DNA of 10,671 nt, taken from assembly GCA_937921735.1 (NCBI GenBank), contig CAKZTQ010000026.1, positions 1-10,671 on the forward strand. Reading direction: 5' to 3'. Positions 1-6,929 of this stretch are shown piece after piece; position 1 is the first letter of the stretch, and each line of letters opens with the position of its first letter. The position numbers were made by a program, and so were the translations under genes. The DNA is from an uncultured archaeon (lineage in GTDB: Archaea; Hadarchaeota; Hadarchaeia; Hadarchaeales; Hadarchaeaceae). The notes below the pieces were generated by a model. The model was given only the letters and a program-made list of their open reading frames with translations, ran no database searches and was not told the DNA's origin.

Positions 1-257
1 CTGGGGGTGCCGTTCAAGCCAGGAGAGGCCCAGGAGAGGCCGCAGAGCGAGAAGTAGCCCAGCTCGCCAGGTATGTCCCACCGCAGCCTGAAGCGGACGA
101 CGAAGTTGTCGCCCGGGGCGACGGCGATCGTCCCGCCCCCCGGCTCCCGAACCACGCCGGGGGCGAGGACCGAGGGGACATTCATCGCCAGCGGCAAAGC
201 CAGCGCTAGGACGAGGGAAAGTACGACCAGCCCGCGCCAAGCCCCCCCGATCCTCAA
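1..257 (-). CDS. Secreted/surface protein of unknown function, N-terminal 85 codons only (runs off the left edge; absent from the ORF track)
   Basis: Manual translation from TTG at 257: MRIGGAWRGLVVLSLVLALALPLAMNVPSVLAPGVVREPGGGTIAVAPGDNFVVRFRLRWDIPGELGYFSLCGLSWASPGLNGTP..., open to the edge. AAGGAGG (270-264) lies 6 nt upstream. The basic N-terminus and hydrophobic stretch look like a Sec signal peptide, and 'VAPGDNFVVRF' resembles the start of a beta-sandwich. Confidence 0.8.
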   Translation of the reverse strand, partial: MRIGGAWRGLVVLSLVLALALPLAMNVPSVLAPGVVREPGGGTIAVAPGDNFVVRFRLRWDIPGELGYFSLCGLSWASPGLNGTP

Positions 258-300
258 CCGATGCCTCCTTTGCAGCTCAAACTATAGAGGGCTTTCTCGA

Positions 301-318
301 GATATAAATGTTGTCGTT
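301..318 (-). promoter_or_regulatory. Putative archaeal BRE + TATA box for the left-edge gene
   Basis: The minus strand reads AACGACAACA-TTTATATC (TATA element 308-301) in an AT-rich intergenic gap, about 30 nt upstream of the SD sequence. Confidence 0.6.
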
Positions 319-326
319 TTGTCATA

Positions 327-359
327 AATTTGATTATTGTAATGATATTATATCAAATT
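327..359. repeat. AT-rich inverted repeats (candidate operator or terminator)
   Basis: AATTTGAT (327-334) pairs with ATCAAATT (352-359) across a 17-nt spacer. A palindrome TGATAT-T-ATATCA sits at 343-355. Confidence 0.45.
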
Positions 360-747
360 AGCTCGGGGCGTACGGCCACTTGCTCTTTGCGCCCGAGAGC
401 TCGCCGAGGAAGGCGCTCCTGGTCGCCGAGTCTACGTATGGCCACGCCGACTTGATCTTCGACGCCCTGCCGAGGAGGACACTTCGTGTGACGGTAAAGG
501 TCGCCATCGTCGAGATCACGCTCCCCCCATCGTCCTCCAGCAACAGGACGACCCTCTCCACTGCCTCCGCTTGCGGGTGTGCCACGTTTTCCAGCAGGGT
601 CACATCAGCGGGGGTGGTACCGCTCCAGACGACGCGCTCACCCCGCTCCTCGCCGCCATATGTCAGGAATTTCAACACCAGTTTAGAGCCGATGTCGAGG
701 TGGAGGTCGATGTCTAAGCTGACCTTGTACAGCGTGGCGAGACCGAA
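358..747 (-). repeat. Shared C-terminal domain, copy 1 (129 aa, ends KSKWPYAPS)
   Basis: Aligns by eye with 1799..2185 at about 65/129 identities with one 2-aa gap. Confidence 0.92.
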
Positions 748-1761
748 CTCTATTCTCCCCGTGGTGAACCGCTTGGGCTCGGACCACAGGCCCACGTGCG
801 TCGAATTGTCTCCTGACCTCACCCGCCAGTACCAAGTGCCGCAAGAGAGCGGGGACTCGACCATGTAAGAGGTGGAGGACCATCCCTTGACCGTGATGAC
901 GTTGGTCGTGAAGGAGTTGTCTTGAGCCAACTGGAGGTCGTAGGAGCTAGCGCCTGAAACGGCGGTCCATCTAAGCGTCGGGATGGGGCTAGCTCTCACG
1001 TTGTCCTCGGGCTGGAGGAGCGTGGGCGCTTGGATCGTCAGCCCAGCATGGATCATCGCCGTGTACCATATGTTCGCCGTAAGCTGGACGGCCGAGCGGA
1101 GCCTATTCTCGGTTATGTCGCGAAGGGTGGAGTTCCAGAGGATGTCCTGCTGCAGCCAGTAGCTAAGCTTGTCCGGGGTATAGCCGGTGTAGCCGTAGCT
1201 CTCCTCGAGCATCGCCATGGTCGCGGCAAAGACGTTCTCCACCTTGAAGGGGAGATACCCATGCGTGGGGATCGATATCTCGTTTAGGCGGCTATTCACC
1301 TCGCTCTCGAATGCCCCGTGGTTGCCGCCGGGGTTGTAGTCAGAGGTGGCGTGCAGCGGCATGCTTGCGTCGGCTAGGTAATGGCTTATGACGCCCATCA
1401 GCTGCGCGGCCCCCGTCCAGTTTTTGGCGATGAGCCTTTGCACGAGCAGCGCGAAGTTGTCCTCCACCGTCCAAGGCAGCACACCCTCCGAGTACTGTTG
1501 CCTCGTGTGGGGCACGTCGACGTGGTAGTAGTGCCTATATCTTTCTTGGGGGTCGCTGCTCTTCCATTGGTCGGGCTTCGTGGAGTAGTCCTTGATGGTC
1601 GCCAGGTAAGCGGAGAAGAACGAGCCGCTCGAAAAGATGCGGCTGGCGTTGTCCGCTACGGAGATGTGGGTGGTCCCGCCCCAAGCGTGAACGGTCAGCA
1701 CCTGTGCCGAACACGCGAAGATAACTACGGCAATTGTTAAAGCGATGGTGGTCCGTTTCAT
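358..1761 (-). CDS. Secreted zinc-dependent phospholipase C / S1-P1 nuclease-family protein with Fn3-like domain and C-terminal 'WPY' domain
   Basis: Signal peptide MKRTTIALTIAVVIFACSAQVLTVHA is followed by WGGTTH (mature N-terminal Trp and His Zn ligands typical of the PLC/P1 fold), then PDQWK, HYYHVD, HYLADASMPLH and HGAFES. An Fn3-like segment follows (APTLLQP...LRWTAVSGASSYDLQLA...GTWYWRVR...WS). Start moved from 1815 to ATG 1761, which gives a clean signal peptide and no overlap with the upstream gene. Confidence 0.88.
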   Translation of the reverse strand: MKRTTIALTIAVVIFACSAQVLTVHAWGGTTHISVADNASRIFSSGSFFSAYLATIKDYSTKPDQWKSSDPQERYRHYYHVDVPHTRQQYSEGVLPWTVEDNFALLVQRLIAKNWTGAAQLMGVISHYLADASMPLHATSDYNPGGNHGAFESEVNSRLNEISIPTHGYLPFKVENVFAATMAMLEESYGYTGYTPDKLSYWLQQDILWNSTLRDITENRLRSAVQLTANIWYTAMIHAGLTIQAPTLLQPEDNVRASPIPTLRWTAVSGASSYDLQLAQDNSFTTNVITVKGWSSTSYMVESPLSCGTWYWRVRSGDNSTHVGLWSEPKRFTTGRIEFGLATLYKVSLDIDLHLDIGSKLVLKFLTYGGEERGERVVWSGTTPADVTLLENVAHPQAEAVERVVLLLEDDGGSVISTMATFTVTRSVLLGRASKIKSAWPYVDSATRSAFLGELSGAKSKWPYAPS

Positions 1762-1798
1762 CCCGTCTCGGCCCCCTTTCATCATTATATCCCCACTA

Positions 1799-2185
1799 TT
1801 AAGAGCTTGGCGCATAAGGCCACCTGCTCTTTATGCCCGAGATCTCCGAGAGCAATGCCACCTTCTCCCCCGATGAGGCGTACGGCCACCCGCCCTTGAT
1901 CTCGCTGGTCCTCCTCATGAGGTCACCCTTGGAGACGGTGAAGCTAGCGATCGTCCGTGGCAAGCCATCCCTGACCAATGCCAGCACGACGTTTTCCACG
2001 GCTAGGCCTTGTGGGTGCCCCACGTTTTCCTCCAGCACCAAGCGCGTGGGCCCAGCGCTTACCCATAAGACGTTTTCCCCTTGGTAAGTGCCGGAGTAGG
2101 TGTAGAACTTGAGGATGAGCTCGGAGTTCTCCTCAACGTACGCGTCCAAGCTCAAGCTGAGCCGGTAGAGGGTCGCCAGCCTAAA
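1799..2185 (-). repeat. Shared C-terminal domain, copy 2 (128 aa, ends KSRWPYAPSS)
   Basis: Blocks conserved with copy 1: F.LATLY..SL, L.LKF.TY.G...GE.V.W, ENV.HPQ..AVE.VVL, T.A.FTV, IK..WPY, E.SG.KS.WPYAPS. Confidence 0.92.
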
Positions 2186-5100
2186 CCTTGTCACCGAGAC
2201 CATCAAGGGCTGCGTGTAAGAGGCGCCACCCTCGCCATGCACCTCCACCCGGACGTAGTTGGTCCACGCTGGCGGGCTATAGGCGGCGACACCACCGACG
2301 AGCGGCCTGTTGTCGAGGAGCACGCCGTTGTCCCCCACGAAGAGCACGTAGTCGCCCTCCGCGTTGACTACAATGGCGTTCTCATTCTCCACCGCTATGT
2401 TATAGATTGCGGGTCCCACGCCGGGGCCAGGGGGCGAGCTCCGCACGCAGTAGAAGTTGCCCACGCGCAGGCTGCGAAGGATCGCTTCCCTCGTCAGCTC
2501 TTGGGCATTGACCACCACCCATCCGAAACGTCCCACTTGCGAGCTCGAGTGGGCATCGTCGCTCATCACGCCGTAGACCAACCTGTTTTCCGCCAGCAGG
2601 GCGTCCCAATATTCCCTAGCCTTCGCCCCGCTCGCCTCGTCGCCGTGTATCTCGATGTGCCTCAGCCCCGACTCGACCGCCTGCCTCAGGTTCTCCAACG
2701 GGAATGGGGCGCCGGAGTAGCCCGGATGCGCGGCGATGGGAATGCCCCCCTGCGCCAGCACGTCCGCCACCCACTCTGCGACGCTTCGGGTCGCCCAGCC
2801 CTCGATCAAGTTCTCCACGGATATCGCCACCATGTGCGGTCCTCCGCCCCTAGTTACCTCCTCACCGCTTATGCCTAGGAAGTTGGGTGGGTCCGTGAAG
2901 ACCTCGGAGTCCGTGATGTAGTTGTGGTCGGTTATCGCGTTGAAGCTATAGCCGCTGTAGCGATAGGCGAACATCATCTCGCTTGCGGTGTTCTCGCCGT
3001 CGGAGTTCTCGGTGTGAGAGTGCAGGTTGCCCCTGAACCAGTAGGGGTAGTTCTTGTAAGGGCTAAAGATCGAGATTCTGCCCGTCCTGACGCCCGCTTG
3101 GGCTATCGCCGTGGAGCTTGCGAAGTCGCTCGAGCCCGAGCTGGAGGAGACGATTACCACTATCCTACTCGAGCTCCCGCTCGCCGCGTCGCTGGGCACA
3201 CGGACGCTCACCGTCGCCGTCCCCGCCTCACCCGGCGCCAACGTGAGCAAGGAGGGCGAAATGCCCGAGACCCAGCCGACGTTGTCGCTGGCCACCAAGC
3301 TGTAGTTCTCCTCGAGCCCGCTCAAGTTGACGACGATTGCACGGTAGTAAAGCGTCACCCCAGGCGCGCCCTTCTCAAAGTCCGCGGACAGGCTCACCGA
3401 GAGTGCGGGCAGGGGGGCGTCGGAGATCTCCAAGTGGGGGCGCTTGTCGACCTCCCCCCATTCCTTAGACTCGAACGCGTAGATAAAGGCGTAAGGTGCA
3501 ACTTGGTTCTCGCTCTCCGCCCTCAAGCAGAGGCTCACGAGCTTGTCTCCGAGCAGCTCGCCAGCGACGAAGGAGGTGACGTCCCAAGAGTACCAAGAAT
3601 TTATGGTCGTCACGTTCACGGAGGCAAGGACATCGCCGTGAGGGGGCTGGTTGTTCCATGTGATCGTGTTCTCGTTCCAAGTGTCGTCGAGCACCGCCCT
3701 AGCTTGCACGCCACCGCCGGAGGCGCCGGTCATCCTCCAGCAGTAGTTGCGTAACCTAGCCGTGGCTAGGGCGAAGTTCTCTGGGATGGCCGAGAGGTTA
3801 AATTTGAAGAAACCTCTCTCGTTCTTGTAGGCAGAGCTCAGGTCGTTTCCGACGTAGACGTAGGTCTTAGCGCCGTAATTGCTGTCTGGATAGCCCTCCG
3901 CCACCTGAGCGTCGTCGCTGGGAGGGAGCGCAATCCTCCCCGCCCTCGCGGAGCAAGTAGCGGAGGCGCTGATGGGAGGATCGAGCGAGGTAGCGGAGAT
4001 GGTGATGTTGTCAACCGACCCAAACACCTCTTCCGGCGGTATCGAGACGAGTAGGAGGGTGACCCTGCTCTCGCCTGAGGGCACAACAAGCGAGCCCTCG
4101 AGAAATTCCAGCCCCCATCCCCTCGTGTCGGTCGCGGAGAGGGTTAGCGTGGCGTCTCGACCGAGGAAATTCGAGACGATGACGGCAAAGCTCAGGTTCT
4201 CGCCAGGTGAGCCGCTTTTAGAGCTCGGCACCACCTCCATCGCCAAGCCCTCCGCCCTCGCCGTACAGCTGGCATCGGCCCGCACCGCTCCATCGGTCAA
4301 CGAGATGGCAGTGACCGAGACCACGTTAGATGAGCCGAGGCTCGCGGTCGGGGGGACGGTGACGGTCAGCTGGACGGACGTGACCCCGCCCGCGGTGAGC
4401 GAGACGAGGTCCTCCGAGAGCGCGAGCTCCCAGCCCTCGATGTCACTCGCAGCGAGCGAGTAGTTGTCCGCCGCGTTTCCCGAGTTCGTAACCGTCACCT
4501 CGTAGCTCAGCGTCCCTCCGGGCGGACCCCGGGCTTCGGGGGGCGAAATGGAAAGCGTTACCTCGTACACGGGCACGCGCACTAGGCCATAGCCGTAACA
4601 GTTATCCCAGCCCGGCGCGCCTAGGTCCTCCGCGAGGTCGCGCAGGAGCGACCTGACCCGGTCGTTGGAGAGGCTGGGGCACCTCGCCCAGAGCAGCGCG
4701 GCTGCGCCAGCCACGTGGGGTGAAGCCATGGAGGTGCCGCTCAGCGTCGCGTAGCTCGAGCCCCTGTAGGTGGAGTAGATGCCAACCCCTGGCGCGGCCA
4801 GCTCGACCTCCGGCCCCTTCGAGCTCCAAGAGGGCACGTCGTCGTTGGCATCGGTGGCGGCCACGGCGATCACGCTCTCATACTTTGCAGGGTAGCTCAC
4901 GCCGCCATCGCCCTCGTTGCCCGCGGCCGCGACGAGGAGGAGCCCCTGAAGGTAGGCTTTGGAGCAGGCCAACCTGAAGGAGTAGAAATCCTCGCTCGCG
5001 CCGAAGCTCATGTTCACCACCTGCATCCCGTTGCTGACGCACCAGTCTATGCCCTCCACCACATCGCTCAGGTAGCCCTCGCCGTTGTCCGCCAGCACCT

Positions 5101-5722
5101 TCACCGCGTAGAGCCAGGCGGCCGGCGCGACGCCCACCACACCTAGATCGTTGGCGACCGCGGCGACGATGCCCGCGACGTGGGTGCCATGTCCGTTGAC
5201 GTCGTTCCACCTCGCCGGGTCGGTGCTGTTTTCGGCGCCCACCAGCGAGATGCCTCCCTTGACATTCGCCGCTAGGTCGGGGTGATCGTACTGGATGCCG
5301 GTATCGAGGATTGCCACCTTCACGCCCTCGCCCGTCGAGGTAGGCCAAGCGTTGGGGGCACCTATCCTGCTCACGCCCCAAGGCACTTGCTCCCCCAGCG
5401 CGCGCACGATGGCGTCGGGCTCCACGCGCAGTACCGCGGCGCTGGACCTCAGCCGCTCGAGGGCTTCGCGGGGCACCTCCGCCGCCAGCGCGGGGATGAT
5501 GCTATATATAGTGAGCACCCTCCCGCCGAAGCCGGCGATAAGCTCGGCGTCCGGCCTTTCCCTGAAGAGGACTATGACCCGAACCCCTCGCGAGGGCGCC
5601 GCGGCAGGCGTGGGGGCAAAAGAGAGAAAAAAGGTCGCGACGAGGGCGGCAGCGATGATCCTAGGGTGGATCATGCGCGGCAAGCGGCTGGATCGCGCGA
5701 AGTCGGAGCAATCGGGGCTCAA
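1799..5722 (-). CDS. Secreted multidomain S8 subtilisin-like serine protease: I9-like propeptide, S8 domain, Ig-like (NEW3/COG1470-like) repeats, DNRLRE/CBM96-like domain, PHP (CehA/McbA-like) metallohydrolase domain, C-terminal 'WPY' domain
   Basis: The catalytic triad is intact: ILD140TG, NGH178GTHVAG, GTS331MASPHVAG, with oxyanion AAAGN269. Propeptide ends at VEPDAIVRA. DNRLRE-like motifs: DAQV..GYPDSNYG, FFKFNLS, WNENTITWNNQP, WDVT, RPHLEI. PHP motifs: GNLHSHT..SDG, AITDHN, GEE, AHP, SDDAH. The TTG start at 5722 has AGGAGG 6 nt upstream; the alternative start is ATG 5674. Confidence 0.93.
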   Translation of the reverse strand: MSPDCSDFARSSRLPRMIHPRIIAAALVATFFLSFAPTPAAAPSRGVRVIVLFRERPDAELIAGFGGRVLTIYSIIPALAAEVPREALERLRSSAAVLRVEPDAIVRALGEQVPWGVSRIGAPNAWPTSTGEGVKVAILDTGIQYDHPDLAANVKGGISLVGAENSTDPARWNDVNGHGTHVAGIVAAVANDLGVVGVAPAAWLYAVKVLADNGEGYLSDVVEGIDWCVSNGMQVVNMSFGASEDFYSFRLACSKAYLQGLLLVAAAGNEGDGGVSYPAKYESVIAVAATDANDDVPSWSSKGPEVELAAPGVGIYSTYRGSSYATLSGTSMASPHVAGAAALLWARCPSLSNDRVRSLLRDLAEDLGAPGWDNCYGYGLVRVPVYEVTLSISPPEARGPPGGTLSYEVTVTNSGNAADNYSLAASDIEGWELALSEDLVSLTAGGVTSVQLTVTVPPTASLGSSNVVSVTAISLTDGAVRADASCTARAEGLAMEVVPSSKSGSPGENLSFAVIVSNFLGRDATLTLSATDTRGWGLEFLEGSLVVPSGESRVTLLLVSIPPEEVFGSVDNITISATSLDPPISASATCSARAGRIALPPSDDAQVAEGYPDSNYGAKTYVYVGNDLSSAYKNERGFFKFNLSAIPENFALATARLRNYCWRMTGASGGGVQARAVLDDTWNENTITWNNQPPHGDVLASVNVTTINSWYSWDVTSFVAGELLGDKLVSLCLRAESENQVAPYAFIYAFESKEWGEVDKRPHLEISDAPLPALSVSLSADFEKGAPGVTLYYRAIVVNLSGLEENYSLVASDNVGWVSGISPSLLTLAPGEAGTATVSVRVPSDAASGSSSRIVVIVSSSSGSSDFASSTAIAQAGVRTGRISIFSPYKNYPYWFRGNLHSHTENSDGENTASEMMFAYRYSGYSFNAITDHNYITDSEVFTDPPNFLGISGEEVTRGGGPHMVAISVENLIEGWATRSVAEWVADVLAQGGIPIAAHPGYSGAPFPLENLRQAVESGLRHIEIHGDEASGAKAREYWDALLAENRLVYGVMSDDAHSSSQVGRFGWVVVNAQELTREAILRSLRVGNFYCVRSSPPGPGVGPAIYNIAVENENAIVVNAEGDYVLFVGDNGVLLDNRPLVGGVAAYSPPAWTNYVRVEVHGEGGASYTQPLMVSVTRFRLATLYRLSLSLDAYVEENSELILKFYTYSGTYQGENVLWVSAGPTRLVLEENVGHPQGLAVENVVLALVRDGLPRTIASFTVSKGDLMRRTSEIKGGWPYASSGEKVALLSEISGIKSRWPYAPSS

Positions 5723-5767
5723 TCCATGCCTCCTGGTCCGCCTCCTCCATATTTTTCGCGCTTGGGC

Positions 5768-5786
5768 GATATATAGTTTGTCGATT
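5768..5786 (-). promoter_or_regulatory. Putative BRE + TATA box for the protease gene
   Basis: The minus strand reads AATCGACAAAC-TATATATC (TATA 5775-5768), nearly the same as the element at 301-318. GGAGG follows at 5733-5729. Confidence 0.6.
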
Positions 5787-5835
5787 TGCCAAAAAATACC
5801 CTGAAATCTGGATTTTTTAACGGAGGTCCCCCTCT

Positions 5836-5878
5836 TAAAGCTTTATTTAGTAAAACCAACTCTATTAAATATAGGAGA
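5836..5878 (+). promoter_or_regulatory. Putative BRE/TATA and SD for the MNT-HEPN operon (divergent promoter)
   Basis: AAAGC-TTTATTTA (5837-5849) and AGGAGA (5873-5878) precede ATG 5881. A 10-bp palindrome TAAAGCTTTA (5836-5845) overlaps the BRE/TATA. Confidence 0.6.
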
Positions 5879-5880
5879 AC

Positions 5881-6537
5881 ATGAACCTGCTCCAGCTAAC
5901 ACCCGAGGGGAAAATAGTGATGGAATTGGCAAGCGGCGCCAAGAGCTTCACCGAGCTAAAGCACCTCACCAAGTTAAGCGATCGCTGGCTATCCAAAAAG
6001 CTCGAGGAGCTGGCGCATGCGGGTGTGGTCGAGCTGCGGAATGGCAAATACGGCCTGATCAAGCCCGAGGTCATTCACCGCGACCCCCTTGCGTCGATCT
6101 ACTTTAGAGCGAGGGCATCGCCGGAGGGAAAGGCCAAGCTCATCGCGGATGAACTGAGCCGAGATCGCAGGGTGCTGGCGGTCGTGGTCTTCGGGAGCGT
6201 CGCCAAGGGCGTCGCCGAGGAGGAAAGCGATGTGGACCTGCTGGTCATCACCGAGGGAGGGGTAGAGCTGGACGAGGAGGTCTACGGGCTCTCCTTCAAG
6301 TACGATGTGCCGATCGAGGCGATCTTCATGAGCTACGAGGAGCTGCTGTCTCACGCTCAAGCCAAGACCACCTTTTTGCTGGGGGTGCTCGAAGGGTATG
6401 ATGTTCTCCACGATCGCGCTGGCCTCGAGGGCCTCCTTTCCTTCCTCAAGGCGAAGGTTGAGGAGAGGTTCTCGTACGACAAGGAGGCAGGGGCTTGGAT
6501 TCTAAGGAGCGCGTCGCCTACCTCGACACCGCGATAG
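5881..6537 (+). CDS. Winged-HTH + minimal nucleotidyltransferase (MNT, Pol-beta superfamily) fusion; putative antitoxin
   Basis: N-terminal HxlR/ArsR-like wHTH (KSFTELKHLTKLSDRWLSKKLEELAHAGVVE...KYGL). The nucleotidyltransferase motif FGSVAKGVAEEESDVDLLV matches GS-X10-DXD. It lies directly upstream of a HEPN gene. Confidence 0.88.
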   Translation: MNLLQLTPEGKIVMELASGAKSFTELKHLTKLSDRWLSKKLEELAHAGVVELRNGKYGLIKPEVIHRDPLASIYFRARASPEGKAKLIADELSRDRRVLAVVVFGSVAKGVAEEESDVDLLVITEGGVELDEEVYGLSFKYDVPIEAIFMSYEELLSHAQAKTTFLLGVLEGYDVLHDRAGLEGLLSFLKAKVEERFSYDKEAGAWILRSASPTSTPR

Positions 6538-6929
6538 CTCAGCTGGAGGAGGCGAGGCTAGTTCTGGAGCACGGGCGGTACGCCTTGGCATCCTTCCTGA
6601 GCGCGTCTAGCGCCGAAAGCGCGACGTCCGCGCTGATCGTCTCCCTCGGGAGCAGGCCGAGCAAGAAGCACCGAAACTCGTTGGTGCTTCACCGCCTGTC
6701 GAGCTCCGCGGGGGAGCCGCTGAGGTCTAGGTTGCGCCCGCTGATCGAGAGCATGAAGAAACTCGAACCCCACATCACGAAGGCGAGGTATCCGATAAGG
6801 AAGGGCACCGAGCTCCTGCCGCCTGTGAAATTTTACTCAGCCGACGTCGCGAGGGAGCTTTTCGAGGAGGCAAGCCACGTCGTGGACTCAGTCCAGAAGT
6901 TGCTGACGGAGGCGCCGAACGGGTTTTGA
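6495..6929 (+). CDS. HEPN domain protein (RYP-type); putative toxin of an MNT-HEPN pair
   Basis: Pattern A..QLEEA...LEHGRY..ASF.S...AE.A..AL...G.RPSKKH...L....ARYP...YS...A.E....A..V. The TTG start has AAGGAGG (6481-6487) 7 nt upstream. It overlaps the MNT gene by 43 nt. Confidence 0.85.
   Translation: MDSKERVAYLDTAIAQLEEARLVLEHGRYALASFLSASSAESATSALIVSLGSRPSKKHRNSLVLHRLSSSAGEPLRSRLRPLIESMKKLEPHITKARYPIRKGTELLPPVKFYSADVARELFEEASHVVDSVQKLLTEAPNGF

Noticed and set aside
19-41. 11-bp tandem repeat CAGGAGAGGCC x2
   Set aside because: Only two copies inside an open frame at the window edge. Not CRISPR-like, and a frameshifting duplication cannot be assessed here.
1762-1815. Longer start for the PLC/nuclease gene, and a possible internal TATA (ATATAA, 1790-1785)
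   Set aside because: The extension overlaps the protease stop and delays the signal peptide. The TATA-like hexamer lacks a clear BRE, so it is not called.
358-2185. Calling the shared C-terminal domain a dockerin, SLH or PGF-CTERM
   Set aside because: It has no DxNxDG calcium loops, no SLH TRAE-type motif in the expected context, and no TM helix with a basic tail.
5661-5750. 29-aa minus-strand uORF (MEEADQEAWIEPRLLRLRAIQPLAAHDPP) overlapping the protease start
   Set aside because: Its ATG is only ~18 nt from the TATA box, probably upstream of the transcription start, and nothing supports coding.
73-5804. Many plus-strand ORFs (e.g. 380..868, 2081..2878, 2924..3754, 3972..4463, 5295..5804) and off-frame minus-strand ORFs
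   Set aside because: Antisense or off-frame shadows of well-supported genes in GC-rich DNA, with no motifs or credible starts.
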